Positions 34,145-46,200 of a stretch of DNA of 46,200 nt are shown in pieces. The notes beneath the pieces are model-generated. The model did no database searches. It had not been told where the DNA came from and was given only the letters and a program-made list of their open reading frames with translations. Position 1 is the stretch's first letter; each line of letters opens with the position of its first letter. Origin of the DNA: Octopus bimaculoides (Eukaryota). The stretch is taken from NCBI RefSeq assembly GCF_001194135.2, contig NC_068985.1:76677616-76723815 (forward strand). Reading direction: 5' to 3'. The position numbers and the translations under genes were made by a program.

Positions 34145-34300
34145 TAGGCGTGGCTGTGTGGTTAAGAAGCTCGCTTTGTAATCACGAGATTTTAGGTTCA
34201 ATCCCGCTGCACACCATCTTGAGCATGTGTCTTCCGGTATAACCTCCAGCTTATCAATATCTTGTGAGTGAATTTGACAGAAACTGTGAGGAAGCCCGTC
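34145..34300 (+). mobile_element. SINE family A 5' half
   Basis: ggcgtggctgtgtggttaagaagc...ggttcaatccc...gaagcccgtcg. Confidence 0.85.
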
Positions 34301-34389
34301 GTTTCTATGTTTATACGTGGAATACTCAGAATATACAGGCATGTTTATTATGTGTGTATGTATATGTGTGTGTACGCATGAGTTAATAA

Positions 34390-34522
34390 AGGGTAAAGCC
34401 CCACCTTCGGTCATGAATGACCATGGGATTGCACCTAGAAAGTACTCCTCCGAGGAACAAGTCCGAGCAAGTTTCTTTTTATGGAAGACCAGCAGTTGTC
34501 CATGCATACCAGTCTCCTTCAC
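34390..34522 (-). mobile_element. SINE family C tail type i, 3' part
   Basis: Reverse complement of about 28715-28843. Confidence 0.85.
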
Positions 34523-34534
34523 TATATGTATGTC

Positions 34535-36647
34535 TGGTTGTGTATTGAAAGAGTGACATTTTGAAAGAGTGACATAACAAAAGAGTGACAAATCTAAATA
34601 AAAAAAAAACATTAACTGTTAAGTAGTTTTCCTATAGGGAACGGATTCAAGCTTAAAACTGTTCCGATTGTAATTGACTTCATGGTTCTGAAATGATATT
34701 AAGTGATTTAACCGTAACCGTTAAAATAAAAGTGTTAGAGTGTTTTTAGGAAAATAGTTCAGTGGACTCTGGAGCTTTTGACCGTTTATTCTATTCTTAA
34801 TAGCGAAGTTTTATTTTTTATTATCGTCTTGCCCATAATGGATGAAAATGAATTTGTCAACTTCCAGGAAGGCAAAGACAAACTATCCTTTAGGGAGCAC
34901 ATATACCGATGCCAACGATCCCGGGACCAGAATCGTTACTTCGGGTGCGAGGACAAAAGTTGTAGTGGTTCTGTAACCCTTTGTGGAGCTCCACTTTTTA
35001 ATGCACAAGATGGCTGTATATTCAAGGGAAAGGTACATAATCATGCACCGCTGATAGGGAGAAAAGAAGTAATACAAGCTCTTGATGAACTGAAAAGTGA
35101 GGCTAGAGCTACAAATTCTACACCAGCGGCAATTATGCAAGAACCTCAACAGAAACTAGATATAAACGATGCCGTTGAAATGCCAAACACATTAGCTATG
35201 AGGCAACTTATTCATCGCATTCGTAAAAAAGAATTTCCGTAGAATCAAATTCTGCGATAGATTTGGTAATCCCAGAGAACTTAAAGGTCACGCAAACTGG
35301 GGAATGAAACTTCCTTTTGTTTGATACGAAGACAGACAGTGACACTTTGAATGAACGAATCGAAGAGGGTGAGGATGAGTAAAAGGACGAGCTCCAAGAG
35401 AGAATTATAGCTTTCGGTAGTGAAGATAATTTACGAAGATTAGCCGACTCTGATATCTGGTTTTTAGATGGAACATTTAAAACTTGTCCACGACTTTTCT
35501 ATCAGTTATATAGTATCCACTACAGGTTCGAAGAACAAATTTTCCCAGTTATTTATGTATTGCTGACTGGGAAAACAGCACAGATATATTCATCAACGGG
35601 AAAACACTTTCGGTTGCAGAAGCAAAAGAAATTCGGTTAAATCCAACATTCGTTGTAGTAGATTTTGAGTTGTCTAACATCAAAGCCCTCCTGAAGTTAG
35701 AATATCGGAATGCTTTTTGACTTATGTCGGAGTATTTATCTAAGTATTCAAAAGAACGGCCTTGTTGATGCATATGAAAATAATGAAGTTAGCCTTAAGT
35801 TTACGATGCATACTTAGATCTCTCAGATAACATTCCAAATGAAGCTGAACCAGTTTATAAATATTTTGGTGATGCCTATGTGCTAGGTAGACCCATAATT
35901 TCACGAAGTAGAGGAAGAATACGACAAAACCAAGTACGTTATCCCCCACGATTTGATCCAATTGTGTGGAGCATTTATCATTTCTTGAAAGCGTACAATC
36001 TCCCAAGAACAAACAATACTGTAGAGACTTGGCACAGGAGATTTGAAACAGTTGTTGAACGATACCATATGGGAGTATAATCGATGATTAGGGAGTTCAT
36101 AAAAGAAGATCACCACACAGACCAAGAGGTACAGCGTTTAATTTCAGGGATTAATTCGAGAAAAAAGAAGAGAGAACAAATTAAAAGAGAAAATAGTCTT
36201 GCAACAGTTTTAGGTAGATAGGGAGCTGTCTCTTTAAATGAATATATCAGAGGAATTGCTCACAATTTAGATTTGGTTCATGCAATAGGCATCATAAAGA
36301 AGATGAAGTTAATGACTTAAAAATAATGTTTTTCAAGTTATTTTATACTTACGCATTATTCAATTGTACATTTAAAAAAAAAATAAAGGTTTTAAGTATT
36401 TTTAGAGGATATTTTATGCTTACATATTATTCAACTGTATATTTTTCTAAAAAAAGGTTTTTAAGTATTTTTACATGATATTTTTTAAACCTCTTTTATA
36501 CATGTGTGTAAGTCTTTTTATCAGACAGAATACAAACCCTCAGGGCTCTAACTTAGGATTGACACATAAACATAAAAGCAAAATAAAATGATAACTTAAA
36601 ACATATTGTGTCACTATTCTGATATGTCACTCTTTTGAAGGGATCCC
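34535..36647 (+). mobile_element. MULE (Mutator-like) element with decayed FLYWCH + DDE transposase
   Basis: Termini carry inverted gaaagagtgaca repeats (34548-34600 and 36607-36640). ORF 34778-35242 has C..C...HNH (FLYWCH-like), then IWFLDGTFKTCPRLFYQLYSIH, VVDFE and LPRTNNTVETWHRRF...IAHNL, with stops and frameshifts. Confidence 0.9.
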
Positions 36648-36969
36648 ATATGTATGTCATTGTTCAGATTTATTTCAAGATTTCTTTTCAATAGAGAAAG
36701 AGCCGGTTTCTAACCTACATCCAGGACACCTTCATTGGAATTTCAACATCAAATGTTTCCTGACTTTTATGAAATTTGGTCAGTAAACCAAAAATCTTCC
36801 CAGCTGTAAGAGATGAATCGGCAAACATTGGGAGGCAAAACTCTTTTCCCTGGTAGAAGAATAAATGTCACAAGACTCTTTCCCTTTGGGGAGAGGATCA
36901 TGCCCGGTTGCCTCAAAGGCCCAGCGACTACCCCTTTCCTTTTTTTCTTCAAATGCAGATTAAGTAGGG

Positions 36970-39900
36970 TTACTTGCACCCACCTTTCTTAACAGACTTC
37001 CATCTTTCCTCAAACACACTTCGCGACAGGATCCTCTTCCTCAGCCCTATCTTGCTCCTCAGATGATATCTGAAGAATTGTAGCAAACCAGGGCCAGAGA
37101 TGAAGGATCCTGTCATGAGTCCTTGCATTCTAGTCTTCCGCATACATTCTTTCAGCACAGCAACTGTACAGTAAAAACATACCTCACCTTCCTTTGAGAG
37201 TCCAGTGAGCAGTACAATTTTTATTATAGATTCAGCCGATTACTCTTCCTAAATGCGACAACATGTGTTCGACGTAAATCATCAAGCCTGATAGCTCCAG
37301 ACAATGTACAAAGGCGTGCTGGACGGTTTCATCGTCCAGCCCACATCTTGGACATGTCATTGGCACTGACTGGATAACTTGTCTCGAACAAGTAAAGCAT
37401 TCCTGTAACACTGCCAGATCAGGGGTTTTTGGTAATTATCCAAATACTCTGACCCGAAAGTATTTTTGAACAGGTTGGTGAGTTGGTTCTCATCGAACCC
37501 CAGAGCTCCTCCTAGAGCGTCATCGTGTTTGTGCTCTACCATCCCTCTATACAAAACTGAGGTCTTGCCCGTCTTGGGGATAAGCACGAGTGGCTGTCGA
37601 CACTTTTTGCCATTCAGTCAGATTACGTCTTTTAATGAAACCGGGTTTTAATCGCTCTAAAGAAGCTGGTCGCGGAAAGAATTCCTCGGCCAGCGGATTC
37701 CACACCTTAGGAAGTAGGTGATTACAGATGCAATAAACACCTGTACCACCTCCGCCCTTCCTTTCAAGGACAGAGCCCTTTCGGACAAAGTCCTACTAGA
37801 GCTTCTCCCTTGTCTGCCACCTCGCTCCTTTTCTTCTCCGTCCGGGAGTCCGGTCCAAACGAAACTCCAAGCAACTTAACAGGACCATCCATCCAGTGAC
37901 CTACGACACTGGGCGATATCGACTTGCTCCTCCAAGTGCCGAGGTGCAAGCCAATGGACTTATCCTTGTTAACTTTTGCCCCTGCCACCACCTCGTATCC
38001 TTTGATAGCGTCCTCTACACAAGGTAGTTGTGCTTCGTTGGACACGGTGAAGGTGACGTCATTCGCATAAGCAGAGACCGACTTACCGCATCCGATTTCA
38101 TTAAGGTTGCTTCCCAACTTCTCCAGCTTCCGCAGCAATGGCTCAAGAGCCAACACATACAGAAGCGGAGACAGAGGATACTTTTGACAAACTGAGCGCT
38201 TGATCGAAAACGGTTCCGATAGGCAACCGTTTATCTAGACGGTGGATATAATGCCGCTATACATGGCGGAAAGCCACCTACGAAGTCCGGGCCCAGCCCA
38301 GCCGCTTCGAGGACCGCCGCCAGGTACTGGTGGTCTACCCTATCAATCGCTTTACTCTGGTTTAAATGGACCATGGCCCCACCTTTGCCGGTTAATTTAC
38401 ACACTCTGTCTGTGTAGCGGATAAGGTGAAGATTGTCCTGGATCGACCTGTTTGGGATGGCGCATGTTTGTGCCCACCCTACAAGTTTCTCCACATTACA
38501 CGTCAACATTTTAGCTAACACCTAGGCCAAAATCTTTAACTTTACATTAAGTAGAATTATGAGCCTATAATTNNNNNNNNNNTGCTCGGATCCTTCCGGA
38601 TTAGCATCACTACTCCTCGACTCACAGAGCTAGGAATCCTCCCATTCGGTTGCCAGTTTGTGTAGACGCTGGCCAGAAGGTCCTCGAACAAGTCCGGCAT
38701 ACTACGATAAAACTCATAAGGTAGACCATCCAGCCCCGGCAACTTTTCCCCAGCGCATTCGGCCAACACCTCTTTTACCTCCGCAGGAATGATGGGTCCT
38801 TCACAACATTCCGCCTCCCGTACCGAGAGTCGCGGTCCACCGGCCAGAAAGTCCTTTAAGGGTTCCCCACGCTCGAGTGTTTCGCTTTCCCCGAACAACT
38901 GGGCGAAATGCTGGTGAAAGGCCTTTTGCATCATTTCCTGCCCATAGATCTTGCGTCCCTGTTCGTCAGTTAAAGACTTTATGGAGGCATTTTTGCCCTT
39001 CTGAATATCCACACGACTTGCCCATCCGGCAATGTTAACACCTTCTCGCCCCACTGCACGTAACTTAGCTCTAACTCTGCTGCTTTCGTGTTTAGCTTTG
39101 AGGTGGCGGTACAAGGCCGTTCTCGCTGCCTACACTCTAGTAACCGAGCCAGAGTCCATGGCCTCGCCTAAATTCTTAACTAATTCCCTTCTATTCTAGA
39201 TCTATCAAAACTTAGCTGATTGCTAAATCTAATAGACGCTAAATGAATGGCTCTCTTGAGGGCATGCCACCATCTATTATTAATGATGGTGCCACATAGT
39301 GCCCTCTGTACTAACTCCTTAATCCGGGCACGGAAGTCTTTACAAGTCAAAATAGACTTGTTCCTCTTCCAGTACCCGGGTCTCTGTCTATGACATTTAT
39401 CTACGCGTACCTCACATGTCACAAATTTGTGGTCCGTGTAAGGTACAATAAAAATTCGTGGACAGCTAAAAGTATCTCTTTCTCTTTCCCTAACGAATAC
39501 TCTATCTATGTAAGATCTGCGCAAGCCGTCGTTGGAACGCTCGACTCATCCAGTTTGTAACGGTCTACTAGATTATATCTCTCTAGTAGACCCTTGAATC
39601 CAGGATTTCCTTTCCTATCAGTCAAACCAACACTATCCACCCGTGCATCGAGGACAGTGTTAAAGTCTCCTAACAGAACTACTGTTTTTGACGTCACTAG
39701 AAAGCGCGCCAGGTCTCGAAAAAAACCAGACTGCTCACGATCGTTAGGAGCGTAGACAGCTACCAACATGGAGGACTGTTTACTCACGTGGGTTACATCC
39801 AGGACGACCAGCCTACCTTCTGGATCCAGAAAGACAGTACTTGCCTGTAAGTCCAAGTTCTTCCTGAATAAGACCACCACGCCCCCTCCTCGTCGGCTAG

Positions 39901-40078
39901 GAGCAATAAATATCTTGTAGTTATTCAAGAGAGGCGAAAACGCTTGTGGTCCACTCATCTTGGTCTCAGTTACAATGCACACATCTATATCATGTGACCT
40001 GAGGTCATCTAGGAAACAAGTTTGTTTCCATTTCGACCCCAGACCACGCACATTCATGCACCCTAACTTAATCGATAT
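36970..40078 (-). pseudogene. Tx1-like ORF2 (AP endonuclease, reverse transcriptase, CCHC finger), fragmented
   Basis: NVRGL, TETK, LLGDFN, SYIDR, TDHK (EN); PGLDGLP.EFY, YPLSPLLYVLALEP, YANDV (decayed YADD); TCPRCGLDDETVQHAFVHC. Confidence 0.92.
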
Positions 40079-40104
40079 GGTAAATAAAATTTTTTAAGGG
40101 GTAC

Positions 40105-41420
40105 TTACAGTTTAAGTTGGGGGAAGGGCTTCACAAGTTTGCCTCCCTCCCCATCTTTCTTTTTGCTTGGTGTAGCCGCTGGGCTTTCTCTAGGTGTGGC
40201 AGCCGGACTTACAATTAGCTTCCCTTCCGCCACCTCGGAGCTGACGTCTCTTACATACTCCGGATATCGAGACTTCAGCTCCGGAAAAAGTTTCTCGCTC
40301 ATTTTTGCTAATCTTATGTCCCTTGGTGCGTCTTTACATTGTTTATATACTTTCGCTGCGTGATGGTGTTTGACAGTTGTTGCCAACGGTACGTTGTTTT
40401 CTTTGTACATTACAATTTTTTCTTGTATTTTGGGGAGGGGCTTGGCAAATGGCTTTACTATAGGATTGGATTGGGGAGATTGTTTTTGTGTGTTTGCTGT
40501 CGTTGTTTGGGGAGAGGAGTCGAGAAAGTGTATCTTTTTTCTGTTGTGGGTGACTCTGGTGAATTCCATGTCCTCGCTATCATTGTTTGTGTCTGCCTTG
40601 GTTTCTGTTTAAACTTTCTTCTTTGAGTTTCCTTCCTTGTAGTTATCTTCTATGCTCTTGTTGTTCGCAGCCTTTGGGGGTGGAGTCTCACCATCTTTTC
40701 TGTTTGTGCATTTGAAACGGACGTGGCCCTTCTCTCCACATTTGAAGCACCTGGGCTTACATCCTTCCACAGCTACCCGCATGGATAGCCCCTCCCCTAT
40801 AAACACCCTATCGGGTAAATTTTCGAGAGTCTCGTTTCTTGCTTGGACGACCATTTCTAACGATTGTCCACGCCAGTTCACTGCTTCTTTCTTTTTCATT
40901 TGTAGGATCGTAATTTCCTCCTCCACGTCATATACTATCGCAGCCGCTACCCACATTACTTCATGCCCCACTGGGATGTCGTCTACTGTCACTTTAGCGG
41001 TCCTGCGACCCAAGTAAGTGGGCAGCAGCATTATTTCATCGTTCCTCAGCGTTTGAGTGGACACCTACTTGGTTACGCTAGCCGACTCGAAATGTGCCTC
41101 AATTGTGGAACTTCTTGCTCCTCGGCTAAAGTAGCGTACTTTGTTCTACACTGGTGCCATACACTTCTCTACCGCTTCATTCTTTGCTTCCATTATCCGT
41201 TTTTTCTTTTATGTTGTAAACTTTATTATACACCACTGTTTTTGTCTTAATTGCTTATACTGTATCAGGGGGCGGTAACAATTTCGTATCCGCTCCACTC
41301 TTCTCAATTAAATTTTTAAACTTGAACAACTGCTCCATGGTCACTTCTAGTTCCGTAACGTTGCCGCCCACTGCGGCTGAAAAACTTTGTTTTTCCTTAG
41401 AGTCCTGTTGGTTCACATTT
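40105..41420 (-). pseudogene. Tx1-like ORF1 (zinc-knuckle nucleic-acid-binding protein), one frame with several nonsense codons
   Basis: ORFs 40609-41064 and 40105-40569 are in the same frame, separated by one TAA. The upstream in-frame segment begins ...QQDSKEKQSFSAAVGG. Confidence 0.8.
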
Positions 41421-42059
41421 GAAATTCCTTTTCCTATCTTGGAAAAGTCTTTTTATGATGAAAAGTCAAAATCCACCACAATAATTTATTTCAAATACTT
41501 GACACGAATGACAAGAAACAAAATTTTCTGCAAAAATAACCCATAAAGGGTAAAAAAAATAACTTCACAATTTTTCAATAAAAATTGATAGAAATTTTCT
41601 ACCCCGAAGGGCGAAAATTACTGCTTGTCGAACGACAACATTTCAAATCCAGATAACGCATAACACACAAATAACACAAATATAAAACACAGACAGAAAC
41701 GAACTCACATAACAGGGTAGCAAAATGCAGAAAATAACGTGTCACAGAGGAAAAGGGGGTGGCTTGCCAACTGTATTCTTTATTACAGGCACAAGGCCTA
41801 AACACAGAGGGGACATACACAGACATGCAGGAACAAAAACACATGAGAAAATGAATGTAAAATGAATTAAATTACAATGAAAATGAGACGGTCATATCGA
41901 TCTCGCTCCGAGATGAAACCGTGATCTCCTTTTTTTCCCCACTTTTTAAACTTAAATTTTAAATAACTATTTCCAGCTCCGCTCGGAGGCGAAACCGCGA
42001 CTTCCTTTTTCCTTTCCACCTTACATTAAAAAAAAAACGTTTTAAACACTTGTTCAATT

Positions 42060-42510
42060 CAATAGTTACAGAATTTACTTATCGGACGTGCTTTTGCATC
42101 GCTGCGGTTTCTTGTTGGTTGAGTTGTTGTATAAGCTATTTCTTCTTTAAGAGCTTTGTTATATAATGGGGCAACATTATTAAATATGTCTATATCGGAG
42201 GAGAGGCTAGATATTCTCCTACTAATATTCTTAACTAAATTCTTAAACACTATGGGCAGGAACCTACATTCATGTAACTAAGTCTATCGTTGGGCTTCCT
42301 ATAGGGTTTGTAAATATTCTTTTTTTAAATCTAGAGATACGTCAAGGAAATTGATAACCGTCAGTTTGGTAGCTATTATGCTAAGATCGAATGTTTTCAT
42401 AAGATGGATTATATCCTTTCTTAACCAATCTTGCGCAGGTCCATTGGTATTTGTTGTTAAAGCTAGAGCATCATCCTTATAAATAGCGAACTATACACCA
42501 GGAAAAGCTT
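42060..42510 (-). pseudogene. Penelope-like element reverse transcriptase fragment
   Basis: YKDDAL...WLRKDII...INFLDVSLDL...PYRKPND.LSYMNVGS...KNLVKNISRRISSLSSD..IFNNVAPLYNKAL: PLE RT palm/thumb motifs. Confidence 0.85.
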
Positions 42511-42604
42511 TTCCTAATGTATCAATCCGTTCTGTCTGTCTGTTTGCGAACTTATAACTCGAATATTGTTCACCCGATCACGCTGAAATTTTAAACATAG
42601 ATTC

Positions 42605-42935
42605 TGCTGCAACTTTTCTGGACGGTCCCCTTGTTTAAGTTGGTGAATAGTACCACAATCCTTGCCTTCAGTTCATCTTTGGTGTTACAAGGAGTTTTGT
42701 TGGTCTCTCGTTCAACTGCGTTCCAATGTAATAATCAAGGGGGTTGCAGTCTGGGGTGTTAAGCGTCCTGATGTTAGGGGTGATGTGATCGCAGAAATTA
42801 TCTGACAGCCATGACTGGGTTCTCCTGCTTGTGTGGCATGATGCAGAGTCCTCCCTCCACTTGTTGGGAGCTTATGTACTTCCAGCCATTTCGCCTTATA
42901 GGGGTGAAACCAATGGTCACTCTCTGACTGGCCAT
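42605..42935 (-). pseudogene. Tc1/mariner (maT/DD37D-like) transposase C-terminal fragment
   Basis: DSASCHTSRRTQSWLSDNFCDHITPN....PDCNPLDY....VERETNKTPCNTKDELKARI...VQKSC. Confidence 0.85.
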
Positions 42936-44136
42936 AACAAACAACCTTCTAATATATATATGTGTGTGTNNNNNNNNNNNNNNNNNNNNNNNNNNNNNNN
43001 NNNNNNNNNNNNNNNNNNNNNNNNNNNNNNNNNNNNNNNNNNNNNNNNNNNNNNNNNNNNNNNNNNNNNNNNNNNNNNNNNNNNNNNNNNNNNNNNNNNN
43101 NNNNNNNNNNNNNNNNNNNNNNNNNNNNNNNNNNNNNNNNNNNNNNNNNNNNNNNNNNNNNNNNNNNNNNNNNNNNNNNNNNNNNNNNNNNNNNNNNNNN
43201 NNNNNNNNNNNNNNNNNNNNNNNNNNNNNNNNNNNNNNNNNNNNNNNNNNNNNNNNNNNNNNNNNNNNNNNNNNNNNNNNNNNNNNNNNNNNNNNNNNNN
43301 NNNNNNNNNNNNNNNNNNNNNNNNNNNNNNNNNNNNNNNNNNNNNNNNNNNNNNNNNNNNNNNNNNNNNNNNNNNNNNNNNNNNNNNNNNNNNNNNNNNN
43401 NNNNNNNNNNNNNNNNNNNNNNNNNNNNNNNNNNNNNNNNNNNNNNNNNNNNNNNNNNNNNNNNNNNNNNNNNNNNNNNNNNNNNNNNNNNNNNNNNNNN
43501 NNNNNNNNNNNNGTCCGATTTCTGAAAAAAGTTCATTTTAAGTTTATATCGAAGATCAGAATTCCAATTGAAGTTGAGCTGTAATTTTGCGTGTGCACAC
43601 GACAAAAGATTGTTTATTTTTTATACCACGCCACATATTATTTTCATGTTGTGTTTATATAGAAATAGCAAACAATAATTCATACTGAAGTTTTACCCAG
43701 TCACAATTGTATTGAACTATGTTTATAAGCAACCAACTTCTGTGTGAATGTGTGCTGTGTCCCTTGGTCTCAGATTCTTTTTCTCTCACTTTGTACGTGC
43801 GTGAGTGTGTGTAAGTGCATATTCATGCAGACAGAGTCCCTCTTTTCTAGTCTTCAATGTAGACATGTCCAGCCATGAGAAAATATGGTGGTGATGATAT
43901 ACATATGCATATAGTCATTCACACATGCAAATTAAAGAGTGATGCATTAAACATCTCATGTAAGAAGCCACCTCTAAGTTTGAGAAAAAGCCAAGCGTAA
44001 TTATTAGCAACAAAGGACAGATGATTCCAAGAAATGGAAAATCAATTCTCAAATTAATTTACATGTTTAGAGAAGGACAGTTTAATCTTTGTTTGCAGGA
44101 AAAGGATAACTTTTGACATGTTTCAACCTTACTTGA

Positions 44137-44200
<64 letters not shown>

Positions 44201-44534
44201 CTTGTGTAAATTGGTGTTGTGTTGAACTGTGTCCTTTTATTTCAAAAGGTCACCTACGCATTTGATGAATAGAAATTGATTTTAAAAATGCACAGAACAG
44301 GAACGGATACTGCCTTCAATATGATTGGCTAAAATAATTTGAAATGGTGCCCTAGCAAAGCCACAGGCCACTGACAGAAACCAAGAAAGGAACATAAGAT
44401 ACAATATTCCGAAGTGTTAGATCAAGGTACCAAATAAAAGTTCTGCAACCATTGACAAGAGAGCAAACGTTTTGCCCTAATACTCTAAGTCAAGTACCTC
44501 AACTCACTTAACTTTAGATCCTTTTAACCATTTT

Positions 44535-44750
44535 ATTATTCTTTTATTCTTTTACATGTTTCAGTCATTTGACTTCCGCCATGCTAGAGCACTGCCTTAA
44601 AGGGTTTTAGTCGAAGAAATCAACCCCAGTACTTATTCTTTGTAAGCCTAGTACTTATTCTATCAGTCTCTTTTGCCAAACTACTAAGTTATAGTGACAT
44701 AAGCACAACAGCATCGGTTGTCAGGTGATAGTGAGAGGACAAACAGACAT
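44535..44750 (-). mobile_element. SINE family A 3' half
   Basis: tttcagtcatttgac...ccatgctagagcactgcc...acttattctatcagtctcttttgcc. Confidence 0.85.
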
Positions 44751-45357
44751 AAACTATATTTCTGTTGCAAAATACTGCCTTTAATTCACTTAATTTTTAA
44801 AAGAATGAGGGAATTTGTCAGTATTATGCCGGTACTAAGATAAAAAATTGACATGAATATTAATTTCAGAATTTGGCACAATGCCAGCAACTTCGTGGGT
44901 GGGGGTAAGTCAATTACATCAACTCCAGTCTTCAACTGATACTTATTTTATGGACCCTGAAAGAATGAAANNNNNNNNNNNNNNNNNNNNNNNNNNNNNN
45001 NNNNNNNNNNNNNNNNNNNNNNNNNNNNNNNNNNNNNNNNNNNNNNNNNNNNNNNNNNNNNNNNNNNNNNNNNNNNNNNNNNNNNNNNNNNNNNNNNNNN
45101 NNNNNNNNNNNNNNNNNNNNNNNNNNNNNNNNNNNNNNNNNNNNNNNNNNNNNNNNNNNNNNNNNNNNNNNNNNNNNNNNNNNNNNNNNNNNNNNNNNNN
45201 NNNNNNNNNNNNNNNNNNNNNNNNNNNNNNNNNNNNCTTCTCAAGTCATAATTTGGCAAGTAGGACAATAATGAGACAGCTACTTCTTTCCAAAAGAATT
45301 ACAATGGAAGATCTCTTTTTTAATTAGCAACTGTTTTTGTTTTCCTTTAGAGACACA

Positions 45358-45526
45358 AACATGGCTGTGTGGTTAAGAAGTTCCTGTTGCAACCATGTTA
45401 TTTAGGGGTTCAATCACACTGTGTGGCACCTTGAGCAAGTGTCTTCTATGATAGCCTCACACTGACAGAAGCCTTGTGCATGAAATTTTGATAGACAAAA
45501 ACTACATGATAGCTTGGCAAACAGAT

Positions 45527-45530
<4 letters not shown>
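45358..45530 (+). mobile_element. SINE family A 5' half
   Basis: atggctgtgtggttaagaag...gggttcaatc...ggcaccttgagcaagtgtcttct. Confidence 0.85.
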
Positions 45531-45580
<50 letters not shown>

Positions 45581-45898
45581 AGAGATGTAAGTAGGCAGGG
45601 AAGCATTGGGGCATAATGCAGTCCTTTGACTCATCAGATCCTCTCAATCTATCCAATTCATGCCAGCATGGGACATGGACATTAAATGACGGAGATGAAG
45701 CACATATGCACATGCACACACACACGCACATGCACACACACACGCACATGCACACATGCATGCACACACATATATATACATATACATACATATATATTTA
45801 TAGGATAGAGGTGACTGAGACAAATGATGGAATGAAATACTGAAGAAGCTCGGGGATAGGGTTGTGGTAGGTATGTCAGGTATGTTAGGGTATATATA

Positions 45899-46200
45899 TC
45901 ATCATCATCATCATCATCGTTTAACGTCCGCCTTCCATGCTAGCATGGGTTGGACGATTTGACTGAGGACTGGTGAAACCGGATGGCAACACCAGGCTCC
46001 AATCTAATTTGGCAGAGTTTCTACAGCTGGATGCCCTTCCTAACGCCAACCACTCAGAGAGTGTAGTGGGTGCTTTTACGTGTCACCCGCACGAAAACGG
46101 CCACGCTCGAAATGGTGTCTTTTATGTGCCACCCGCACAAGAGCCAGTCCAGGGGCACCGGCAACGATCTCGCTCGAAAAACCTCATGTGTCACTCACAC
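45899..46200 (-). mobile_element. 3' end of a further retroposon family with a (GAT)n tail, running off the window
   Basis: (ATC)n followed by gtttaacgtccgccttccatgctagcatggg...ggatgcccttcctaacgccaacc. Short tandem-repeat tail typical of non-LTR 3' ends. Confidence 0.7.

Larger units (their letters stand above)
36648..41440 (-). mobile_element. Near-full-length, decayed Tx1/L1-clade LINE (ORF1 + ORF2 + 3' UTR + CATA tail)
   Basis: ORF1 with CFKCGEKGHVRFKC; ORF2 with APE, RT and zinc finger; AATAAA at 36669-36674 (minus) followed by gacatacatat. Confidence 0.92.

Noticed and set aside
527-45843. Long ORFs made of X runs or CV/TH/YI/MYVC dipeptide repeats
   Set aside because: They are translations of N-gaps and microsatellites, not genes.

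Overview
Eukaryotic, AT-rich, gap-ridden draft-assembly DNA (13 N-runs) made mostly of microsatellites and transposon relics. The SINE families and microsatellite load resemble what I recall of octopus (coleoid cephalopod) genomes; this is an inference, not a database result. I see no intact protein-coding gene, tRNA/rRNA gene or CRISPR array. Retroelements: a decayed near-full-length Tx1/L1-clade LINE (36648-~41440, minus), two R4/Dong-type RLE fragments, an RTE fragment, a Penelope-like RT fragment and many copies of three tRNA-derived SINE families (my labels A, B, C). DNA elements: MULE (FLYWCH + DDE), hAT/Buster, Chapaev3-like and two Tc1/mariner relics, a Helitron Rep fragment, non-autonomous Helitrons, and two MITEs with TIRs and TSDs. 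Three weak exon candidates lie in unique islands. Two observations stand out. First, an AT-rich repeat family (two copies, ~15.1-15.9 kb and 26.2-27.0 kb) carries a type I hammerhead-ribozyme-like motif, suggesting a Penelope-associated or retrozyme-like element. Second, the Tx1 family appears to end in, and insert into, (CATA)n microsatellites. Boundaries are read by eye and are approximate unless termini are quoted.
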